From positions 1 to 33,028 of the IMG/VR virus record IMGVR_UViG_3300020044_002572: a stretch of DNA of 33,028 nucleotides; one strand, written 5' to 3'. A model generated the notes under the pieces. It was not told the DNA's origin. It searched no databases and worked only from the letters and a program-made list of their open reading frames with translations. Position 1 is the first letter of the stretch, and every line of letters starts with the position of its first letter. Below, piece by piece: positions 26,578 through 33,028 of this stretch. The translations under genes were made by a program, and so were the position numbers. The DNA is from a virus. Taxonomy: Duplodnaviria; Caudoviricetes.

Positions 26578-26681
26578 GCGTGCCTTTCAAGGCAACGGCG
26601 ACCGCCGGGAGGATGCCCGCAACATCCAAGTCGCCGTTTTGCGGGGAGGGTGCGTATCACGGAGGAGATCAACGCAACAAC

Positions 26682-26710
26682 AGATTAGTGCTTAAAAAGT
26701 GTGCTGTCAA
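26682..26710 (-). promoter_or_regulatory. Sigma70-type promoter heading the late operon
   Basis: TTGACA (26710-26705)-17 nt-TAATCT (26687-26682). Confidence 0.6.
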
Positions 26711-27015
26711 GAGAGGTCGACCACGCGCTGCACGTAGCGCCCTTTCACGTTCTTACGCCAGCCATGAACTTCAACCCGCACCCCAGCCTCGCGCACCCGA
26801 CCGATGGTTTCCGAGTCCATAACCTTTTTAACCCGATTGGCCACGCCCTCACTGGTGACCTGAACCGCGAGCACCTCACCGCGCCGGATGGCTAGCAGAT
26901 CGGCCCAGCCCCAGAGATCCTTACGCGTTCGGGTAAAGCTGTTCCACTTTTCCACGACTTCGACCAGGTAACCGAGTTCGCGGAGAGCTGCCAGGCTGCG
27001 TTGGGTTGGTGTCAT
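26707..27015 (-). CDS. Small PD-(D/E)XK nuclease (VRR-NUC / Holliday junction resolvase-like)
   Basis: LRELGYLVEVVE, DLWGWADLLAI, VLAVQVT. Confidence 0.7.
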   Translation of the reverse strand: MTPTQRSLAALRELGYLVEVVEKWNSFTRTRKDLWGWADLLAIRRGEVLAVQVTSEGVANRVKKVMDSETIGRVREAGVRVEVHGWRKNVKGRYVQRVVDLS

Positions 27016-27036
27016 TTTCTGCCTTTAAAAGTTCAT

Positions 27037-27196
27037 GCGGTAGTAAGCGGTAGCAAGCGGTAGAACGAACATCTGCTAATCTGCTTCCGCATCAAATAAA
27101 TGATGCGGTAGCAGAGGTTTTTCCCTTAAGGGCTACCGCATGGATTACTACCGCTTCAAAATGCCTAAAAATTTTGAAGCGGTAGCCATGCGGTAG
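27037..27196. repeat. Iteron-like GCGGTAG array with two hairpins; candidate replication origin
   Basis: GCGGTAG at 27037, 27047, 27057, 27105, 27179, 27190; CTACCGC at 27133, 27148; directly downstream of primase-helicase. Confidence 0.7.
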
Positions 27197-27197
27197 T

Positions 27198-29318
27198 TTA
27201 TTTGCCATTGCTCAAATTCTCGTATTCTTGGGCTCCTTTCCCAGACATCCTGCAACCTTCTGTATGCTGTTTAGCCCTCTTTTTGATGGGCACGAATTGC
27301 TCGATTAAACCGCCTTCAATCATTTCGTTAATGAGTTTCAGATTGGCGGGCTTATCCTTGCCCAGAGCCTCAGCCAGCTCTGTCTTGGTCATGTATTCAT
27401 CGGCCGCCAGACCGTTCAAGATGGCCGTCACGCTCTTTTTCCTGCCGATCTTAGCCATCTGCCCTGCAATCTCTTTACTACGCGCAGCGGCCTGTTTTGA
27501 CTGTTCCTGCATAGCCTCCCGACCGCCCTTCTGCACCATTTCCGGTTTGCAGTGCATGAGGAATATATCCTTTTCATTGCCCAGCACATCCCGCCCTTTT
27601 ATTTCGGACCCGACTGCCCGAAACACAATGCCGTCTGCCTTTGTCACAAACCGGTGTTTAGCCTGGGCAACATCCAGCCATCGTGCGCCGTCATCCTCTT
27701 TGGTCATATAGAGCACCTGGTTGACATCGCCTTCCCAAGCCCCGGCACCGCGGCTGGTCATGTCGCTAATGTCGGCCTTTTTCAGCGTCTTCGCTAAATG
27801 CGCCACAATAATAAGCGGGATCCCGCCCAGCTCGCTTTTGAGTGTTGAAACCGCCTTTCCGACTTCGGAGTTGTCGCTTTCGTTCTCTAACTCGATGGTC
27901 GCATTGCTGGTATCCAGCACCACGATCGGCAGCGCGTCGTAAGAAACGCCTGATTCCTTAGAGATATTCCGGTAAACCATCGCCTCGTAGATTTCCCGCA
28001 CTTTAACGATGGAAGCAGCATCCATGCGCTTGGCAGGCACGATCTTGAACCATTCGCTGATTTCGGCATCGCTGGCTGTCAGCTCGTTGGCCACGCGCAT
28101 CGAGGTTAGAACCCTGACGACCTGCTTGGGATCCTCGCTGACGTAGATTACTCGGCGGCGTAACAACGGCCGCAGTGCGTCGTCGACCGCGCACAGATGC
28201 GCTGCTCGCGTCATCAGCGGAACCAGCGCAGTTGTTTTGCCGATACCCGTAAACCCGGCCAGCAACGTCACGCCAGCAATCAGAATATCGTCAAATATAA
28301 ATTCGTCCGGTTCAAGGTCGCCGAGTGCATACGGCAGGAAATTAGCGAAAGGATGGTTTTGCGGCGTGACTTCCGGCGCTTTGTCACTCTTGAGCTTCTC
28401 CACTGCCGTCGTCACCGAGCGCGGTATATCGTCGTATCTTGCCTTCCAGCGTTCATCCTTCGCCACCAGTGAAGATTCCATCAACCCGCGCAGCGTGCTC
28501 ACCACGGTGCCGGGGTGCGTGCCGCAGGCAACCAGGCTAAACGCCATCTCGTTGATCGATTCGTGCAGCCGTTCGCCGCGCACAATATTGCTGGCCGTCA
28601 GACGCAGCAGATCGGCCTGACCATCGTAGATTGAGCTTTTGGAATCGGCTGGCGCCGCCTCTTTAATCTTCCGCAGCTCGTCCACGTCAATCCCGAATAC
28701 TGCCGCGGCATCTGCCAGAGAGAGCACGCAGTCGGCGTTCCAGACCGCGAGCTGGTGATCCCACGGCCCCGTTTCCCGCGGTTTCTGATTCTGGCCGACC
28801 GGCAGCCGAACATAGCGCACCGAATTGTTGCCGCTGGCGTCAGCTCGCAACAGGCCGTTTTCTGCCATGCGTGTGACGATCGAGTCAACCAGGCTGCGGT
28901 TTTTAGCGTCGGGATCGTCCTTGTCGATGAAGATGCCGATCTGCGCTTTGCCTGGTGACGTGTTGAGCACATACGACACGGTGCCTTTTATGTCGTCGAT
29001 CAGCGCATCGTCGGCAACCAGGACAAGGATCTGCTCAAAGTTCGCCTTCCGGCGCCGGATCTCGCCATCGGCGGTTGGCGAAAGTGCCGCCACCGAAAAA
29101 TAGGAATTCACGGTGACCATCGAGTCGACTAGCGCGTGCCGGTCAGGGCGATAGGGGCGCCCGAACCAATTACCGCTGTCCGTCAGATCAGGGTTCCCGT
29201 AGAACGAGGTAACCCACAGCGAGGATTTATCGGGAATGCCTGAATAAAGCAGTTGCAGGAATTCGCTGTTCTTGACGCTGGCTTTGACAGCGCCTTTGTC
29301 TGTGTCTGTCATGATCAT
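27198..29318 (-). CDS. Primase-helicase: RepB'-type AEP primase + AAA_25/RepA-like SF4 helicase + C-terminal wHTH
   Basis: VLVADD, NTSPGKAQ, RYVRLPVGQNQK (primase); GFTGIGKT Walker A, YVSED, VVLDT, IIVAH, SRGAGAW (helicase). Confidence 0.85.
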   Translation of the reverse strand: MIMTDTDKGAVKASVKNSEFLQLLYSGIPDKSSLWVTSFYGNPDLTDSGNWFGRPYRPDRHALVDSMVTVNSYFSVAALSPTADGEIRRRKANFEQILVLVADDALIDDIKGTVSYVLNTSPGKAQIGIFIDKDDPDAKNRSLVDSIVTRMAENGLLRADASGNNSVRYVRLPVGQNQKPRETGPWDHQLAVWNADCVLSLADAAAVFGIDVDELRKIKEAAPADSKSSIYDGQADLLRLTASNIVRGERLHESINEMAFSLVACGTHPGTVVSTLRGLMESSLVAKDERWKARYDDIPRSVTTAVEKLKSDKAPEVTPQNHPFANFLPYALGDLEPDEFIFDDILIAGVTLLAGFTGIGKTTALVPLMTRAAHLCAVDDALRPLLRRRVIYVSEDPKQVVRVLTSMRVANELTASDAEISEWFKIVPAKRMDAASIVKVREIYEAMVYRNISKESGVSYDALPIVVLDTSNATIELENESDNSEVGKAVSTLKSELGGIPLIIVAHLAKTLKKADISDMTSRGAGAWEGDVNQVLYMTKEDDGARWLDVAQAKHRFVTKADGIVFRAVGSEIKGRDVLGNEKDIFLMHCKPEMVQKGGREAMQEQSKQAAARSKEIAGQMAKIGRKKSVTAILNGLAADEYMTKTELAEALGKDKPANLKLINEMIEGGLIEQFVPIKKRAKQHTEGCRMSGKGAQEYENLSNGK

Positions 29319-29563
29319 AGGATGACGCGCATGGAATGCCAGCCGATATACGTGGTGCCTTTATACTGCTGAATTGACAGCACTGGCTCGGCCGGACACT
29401 GCTCGCAGTAAAAATTTATCCCCAACCAATTACCACCGATTGGATCGTCATCCTGTGGCTTAAGAAGGGGTTTCTGATGCAAATTATTACATCCGCAGTT
29501 TGGGCAAAGCAGCGAGCTGCCAAGAGAATCGACTTCATTTTCTGTCTTGATAAAGGTTGCCAT
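29315..29563 (-). CDS. Zn-ribbon protein (CPNC...CEQC)
   Basis: LLCPNCGCNNLHQ, FYCEQC; AAGGA RBS; ATGA-coupled to primase. Confidence 0.7.
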   Translation of the reverse strand: MATFIKTENEVDSLGSSLLCPNCGCNNLHQKPLLKPQDDDPIGGNWLGINFYCEQCPAEPVLSIQQYKGTTYIGWHSMRVIL

Positions 29564-29574
29564 TTTCTTTTCCT

Positions 29575-29769
29575 TTAAAGTTCCTGCGTCCGATGATAAA
29601 CCGGCCCAGCAATCTGACCGCTGCCACTCGTTGACTTGCGCCTATAAGTCTTGCGGCAGTCCTTACACACAAAACTTTGCCCAGCGGCCCGTTCGACCGT
29701 CTGGAAGTTCTTGCAGCCGCAGTTTGGGCAAACCATGTTTTCAGGTCTAATCGCGTTTTTGACGTTCAT
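29575..29769 (-). CDS. Zn-ribbon protein (CPNC...CKDC)
   Basis: Two CxxC; C-terminal SGSGQIAGPVY. Confidence 0.7.
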   Translation of the reverse strand: MNVKNAIRPENMVCPNCGCKNFQTVERAAGQSFVCKDCRKTYRRKSTSGSGQIAGPVYHRTQEL

Positions 29770-29939
29770 TTCCCCGCCTTCCTGCGCCCTTTTTCCATCG
29801 CCTGGAATGCCTTGTCAGCGATGACCACCCGCCGACCGGCGAGCAAAGTAGTGTTGAGTTTTCCCTGATCAATTAGGACATGCGTCCATTGTCGGCTAAA
29901 TCCTAGCCTCGTCGCAGCATCCTTGATTTGCATATACAT
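29766..29939 (-). CDS. Small Xis/MerR-type HTH DNA-binding protein (Cro-position regulator)
   Basis: MQIKDAATRLGFSRQWTHVLIDQGKL; GGAG RBS 6 nt before ATG 29939; first gene of the leftward arm. Confidence 0.75.
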   Translation of the reverse strand: MYMQIKDAATRLGFSRQWTHVLIDQGKLNTTLLAGRRVVIADKAFQAMEKGRRKAGK

Positions 29940-29977
29940 ACAAGACTCCAAGTCATTAGGTTATTTACAGATGCGTC

Positions 29978-29995
29978 ACTTGACTCGGAGTCTAT
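29978..29995. promoter_or_regulatory. Palindromic operator candidate ACTTGACTCGGAGTCTAT
   Basis: 16/18 identical to 30135-30152; core GACTC-G-GAGTC. Confidence 0.6.
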
Positions 29996-30136
29996 TTTAG
30001 ATTTACCCTAAAGATCAAGCATTTTTTCAAGGAAAATCAAATGGCAGCAATTAGCAAGAAAGACGCTATAAAAGCTCGCATTTTAGGGGTAAAAAAATAC
30101 CATTCCCATGCCCCTAAAAATATTTCACAAAAAGAC

Positions 30137-30165
30137 TTGACACGGTGTCTATAGGTCTATATTAT
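30137..30165 (+). promoter_or_regulatory. Strong sigma70 early promoter with overlapping palindromic operator
   Basis: TTGACA (30137-30142)-17 nt-TATTAT (30160-30165); A/T-rich UP region; GACAC-G-GTGTC at 30139-30149. Confidence 0.8.
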
Positions 30166-30209
30166 TCACACATCGCAGCAAAACAACCGACCAACCGAAA
30201 GGAAACAAA

Positions 30210-30386
30210 ATGCTGATCCACGAAATCAAAGACACCGAAAACAATGTATCTGTCGTTGTTTATAAAATCTCCACTGGCTACTCAGTCGGCGTGCGCGACA
30301 ACGATGCAGAAATGAACGTCGGTTGCATGTTCATTTACAAAACTGCCGACGCAGCAATCAACAAAGCAAAATCAATCGCGGCCTAA
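30210..30386 (+). CDS. First early protein (58 aa, MLIHEIKDTENNVSVVVYKIS...), missing from ORF track
   Basis: AAAGGA RBS; hand translation; directly after the early promoter. Confidence 0.75.
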   Translation: MLIHEIKDTENNVSVVVYKISTGYSVGVRDNDAEMNVGCMFIYKTADAAINKAKSIAA

Positions 30387-30393
30387 CAACCTT

Positions 30394-30409
30394 CGCCCCT
30401 TCGGGGGCG
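30394..30409 (+). other. C(UUCG)G tetraloop hairpin between early genes
   Basis: CGCCCC-TTCG-GGGGCG. Confidence 0.7.
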
Positions 30410-30439
30410 CACCCAACCGACCAACCGAAAGGAATTACC

Positions 30440-30814
30440 ATGTCAATAGAACCCTGCCTCTGCGGTGCCACAGACTGCCCAAAGTGCTACCGCAACGCCA
30501 CAAGCCGCGAGGTCTCAGACGATGACCGCGCAGACGCCCTTGATGCCATCGTTGAGGAAGTGCTTGACACTGGCAAATTCCCGCAGCTCGGCCGCACCGA
30601 GGTTGACCTTTACGAATTCGTTACCGAGGAATTGGATTCGAGTTTTGCTTATGAGCTGGTGGTCGCTGCCCTCGGCACAAACAAACCCGCCCTTGAAGCT
30701 CGCATTGAACGCCTCTACGACCAAGTGCAGGCCATGCTCAAGAAACATCTGGAAGATTCGGATTGCGTCGAAGAAATGGCGCAGGACATTTGTGACGATC
30801 GGAGTGAAAGATGA
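30440..30814 (+). CDS. Acidic early protein with N-terminal CxC..CxxC (124 aa)
   Basis: AAAGGA RBS before ATG 30440 (ORF-track start 30323 is too far upstream); MSIEPCLCGATDCPKC. Confidence 0.75.
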   Translation: MSIEPCLCGATDCPKCYRNATSREVSDDDRADALDAIVEEVLDTGKFPQLGRTEVDLYEFVTEELDSSFAYELVVAALGTNKPALEARIERLYDQVQAMLKKHLEDSDCVEEMAQDICDDRSER

Positions 30815-30900
30815 AACAGATTATTATTGATTGTTTACTCGGTTTAGCAATGTTTGCATCACTGTGGCTTTTCGTTGTTTTACTTTTCTCACTGGAATAA
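30811..30900 (+). CDS. 29-aa membrane peptide MKQIIIDCLLGLAMFASLWLFVVLLFSLE
   Basis: GGAG RBS, ATGA overlap, single hydrophobic helix, stop just before next RBS. Confidence 0.6.
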   Translation: MKQIIIDCLLGLAMFASLWLFVVLLFSLE

Positions 30901-30911
30901 ACGGAGGAATC

Positions 30912-31667
30912 ATGGCTATAAATTTACAGGCAATATCCCGCAATACCAGCATCCAGCCGCCCCGCATCATGGTCTACGGCCCGCATGGGCTGGGTAAGAC
31001 AACCTTTGGCGCCAGTGCACCGAACCCGATCTTTATTTTGACCGAAGATGGCCTCGGGCGCCTCGAGGCGGATCACTTCCCGCTGGCGACCAAGTTCTCA
31101 GATGTTCAGGAATCCTTAAAGGCTCTGCAAGGCGAGCACGATTTCCAGACCGTTGTCATCGACAGCTTGGATTGGCTCGACAATCTGATTTGGGAACAGA
31201 TCAACGGCCAGTATGAAGCTAAGGATCTGGCCTACGGCAAAGGCGCCGTGATCGCCGCGGATCTCTGGCGCAAAGTGTTAGACGATCTGACCGCCCTGCG
31301 TAGCAAAGGCATGGCCAGCATCCTGCTGGCGCACTGCGAAATCAAGCGTTTCGACAGCCCCGAAGTCGAGCCGTATGAGCGTTATCAACCCAAGCTGCAA
31401 GCCCGCAGCAGCGCCCTGGTGCAGGAATGGTGCGATGTGGTGGGCTTTGCAAACTACAAGACGATCGTCAAATCGTCAGATGTGGGCTTCAACAACAAAG
31501 TAAGCCGCGGCATCAGCACTGGCGAGCGCCTGCTTTACACGTCCGAGAAACCCGCTTATCTCGCAAAGAATCGTTACAGCCTGCCGGACAGCCTGCCGCT
31601 TGATTGGTCGGCCCTTGCAGATGCAATGACGACAACCGCAGCACCCAACCAAACCAAAGGAAAATAA
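30912..31667 (+). CDS. Sak4-like / AAA_24 P-loop ATPase (single-strand annealing recombinase)
   Basis: YGPHGLGKTT Walker A, TVVIDSLDWL Walker B, ILLAH, EWCDVVGF, AKNRY; GGAGG RBS before ATG 30912. Confidence 0.85.
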   Translation: MAINLQAISRNTSIQPPRIMVYGPHGLGKTTFGASAPNPIFILTEDGLGRLEADHFPLATKFSDVQESLKALQGEHDFQTVVIDSLDWLDNLIWEQINGQYEAKDLAYGKGAVIAADLWRKVLDDLTALRSKGMASILLAHCEIKRFDSPEVEPYERYQPKLQARSSALVQEWCDVVGFANYKTIVKSSDVGFNNKVSRGISTGERLLYTSEKPAYLAKNRYSLPDSLPLDWSALADAMTTTAAPNQTKGK

Positions 31668-31668
31668 A

Positions 31669-32154
31669 ATGGCCTCACTTAATTTCAACGCCGCAGCTGT
31701 AGAACCGCAACAGTCATTTGACGCCCTGCCTGCTGGCCGGTATGAAGTCATCATCACCGACAGCGAAATGAAAGAAACAAAAGCAGGCACCGGCGAGTAT
31801 CTCATGCTCACAATGGAAGTGATCGGCGACACCAAGCACTCAGGTCGCAAGCTGTGGACGAGACTTAACCTGGTCAACCCCAACGCCACCGCGGTCCAGA
31901 TTGCCGAGCGCGAGCTGTCGGCCATCTGTCACTGTGTCGGCATCATAGAACCTGGCGACAGCGAGGAATTGCACAATATCCCGCTGACGGTGGATGTGGT
32001 GCAAGAATTAAATCCGCAGTCAGGCCAGATGACCAACCGCATCAAGGGATACTCGACGGCCACCGGCGCACCGGCGCCGAAAGCTAAACCGGCAGCACCG
32101 GCAGGTTTTGCGACCGGCAAGGTTGCACCTGCGGCACCCTGGGCAAAAAAGTAA
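31669..32154 (+). CDS. DUF669 single-stranded DNA-binding protein
   Basis: LPAGRYEVIITDSE..ETKAGTG.YL.L, GRKLW.RLNL.NPN, NRIKGY, C-terminal APW; adjacent to Sak4. Confidence 0.8.
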   Translation: MASLNFNAAAVEPQQSFDALPAGRYEVIITDSEMKETKAGTGEYLMLTMEVIGDTKHSGRKLWTRLNLVNPNATAVQIAERELSAICHCVGIIEPGDSEELHNIPLTVDVVQELNPQSGQMTNRIKGYSTATGAPAPKAKPAAPAGFATGKVAPAAPWAKK

Positions 32155-32164
32155 TCAACCAGCT

Positions 32165-32180
32165 GGGGCGGCAACGCCCC
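32165..32180 (+). other. GNRA tetraloop hairpin after SSB gene
   Basis: GGGGCG-GCAA-CGCCCC; no U-tract. Confidence 0.6.
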
Positions 32181-32198
32181 GGCGTTATCGGAGGAATC

Positions 32199-33028
32199 AT
32201 GGCAGAGATACCAGAACCGCAGAACAGCACCCGCACCGCCATTTTCAAGCACTACGAACAGACAGCCGACCGGCAGGGGCGCCCGCATCTCGGCGCCAGC
32301 GAGATCGGCCACGAGTGCGACAGGTATCTGTGGCTGTCTTTCCGCTGGGCAAAACCGGCAGACTTTGACGGCCGGATGCTGCGCCTGTTCGACACTGGAA
32401 ACCACCAGGAACCGCGCCTGATCGCCGACTTAAGAAACATCGGCGTAGAAGTGTGGGATAAAGACGCAGACGGCAACCAGTGGCGTTATAAAGCCGTTGG
32501 CGGCCATTTTGCAGGCAGTCTTGACGGTGTCGGGCTGGGCTTGCCAGAAGCGCCCAAGACGCTGCATTTGCTCGAATTCAAGACCGCAAACGCCAAGAGC
32601 TTTGCCGCAATGGTGAAAAATGGGGTAAAGAAGTCCAAGCCGCAGCACTGGCAACAGATGCAAGTATACATGGGCTGGGCTGGCCTCACTCGCGCCATGT
32701 ATTTGATGGTCAACAAAGACACCGACGAGATCCACGCCGAGCGCATCGAATTTGACAAGGATGCCTTCAATCTGGCCATCCAGCGAGCCGAGCGCATCAT
32801 TACGTCACCAGAACCCGCGGTGACGATTGCCGACAGCGCCGAAGGATTCACCTGCAAATTATGCCGGTTCAAAGACCAGTGTTACGGCACAGAAGCACCC
32901 GCCGTGAGCTGCCGAACCTGCGCCCACAGCACCCCTGAGACTGACGGAGAGGCCCGCTGGTCGTGTGCACAGGCTAAACCTGATATGGACGTAGCCGCCC
33001 AGCGTGCCGGCTGCGGAGAGCACCGCCA
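32199..33028 (+). CDS. PD-(D/E)XK Cas4-like exonuclease, 5' part (missing from ORF track because it has no stop before the window end)
   Basis: GGAGG RBS; hand translation gives HLGASEIGHEC, GSLDG, LLEFKT, QMQVYM, CKLCRFKDQC. Confidence 0.85.
   Translation, partial: MAEIPEPQNSTRTAIFKHYEQTADRQGRPHLGASEIGHECDRYLWLSFRWAKPADFDGRMLRLFDTGNHQEPRLIADLRNIGVEVWDKDADGNQWRYKAVGGHFAGSLDGVGLGLPEAPKTLHLLEFKTANAKSFAAMVKNGVKKSKPQHWQQMQVYMGWAGLTRAMYLMVNKDTDEIHAERIEFDKDAFNLAIQRAERIITSPEPAVTIADSAEGFTCKLCRFKDQCYGTEAPAVSCRTCAHSTPETDGEARWSCAQAKPDMDVAAQRAGCGEHR
32908..33028. repeat. Right copy of 121-bp direct terminal repeat
   Basis: Identical to 1-121. Confidence 0.95.

Noticed and set aside
26578-26700. tRNA gene in the intergenic region
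   Set aside because: No cloverleaf, T-loop GTTC motif or CCA end on either strand
27037-27196. Mini-CRISPR array paired with the Cas4-like gene
   Set aside because: Repeats are 7-15 bp, in both orientations, without regular unique spacers
30323-30439. ORF-track N-terminal extensions (also 30831-30911, 2722-2763, 2879-3025, 371-415)
   Set aside because: Better RBS-supported ATGs lie downstream and the extensions overlap other genes
32908-33028. 121-bp terminal repeat as a biological DTR or att site
   Set aside because: It lies in the middle of a coding sequence and has the look of an assembler k-mer overlap; it indicates circularity only

Overview
The window is very probably one complete, circular(ly permuted) ~32.9 kb genome of a P22-like short-tailed dsDNA phage. 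Positions 32908-33028 exactly repeat positions 1-121, and a PD-(D/E)XK/Cas4-like nuclease ORF reads in frame across the junction. A divergent control region at ~29950-30200 drives two arms. The rightward early arm carries small genes, a Sak4-like ATPase, a DUF669 SSB, the Cas4-like nuclease, a Lar-like protein and small hypotheticals, and wraps through the junction to 2212. The long leftward arm carries an HTH regulator, a RepB'-type primase-SF4 helicase, an iteron/hairpin origin candidate, a resolvase-like nuclease, and then a late operon. That late operon encodes a ferritin-like protein, GroES, an ART-like protein, terminase, P22-type portal/scaffold/coat, gp4/gp10-like tail proteins, several adhesin-type proteins, a cupin-SET fusion, three ejection proteins and a GH108 endolysin cassette. 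I could not recognise any integrase, CI-type repressor, DNA polymerase, tRNA or CRISPR array. The most unusual items are (i) a cupin-SET lysine-methyltransferase-like fusion coupled to the first ejection-protein gene, (ii) a stand-alone ADP-ribosyltransferase-like gene directly upstream of terS, (iii) an IncQ-like iteron plus double-hairpin origin, (iv) a structured late leader with three unpaired CCUCC anti-SD motifs, and (v) three covarying GAC-N5-GTC operators. All family assignments are from motif recognition by eye, not from database searches.
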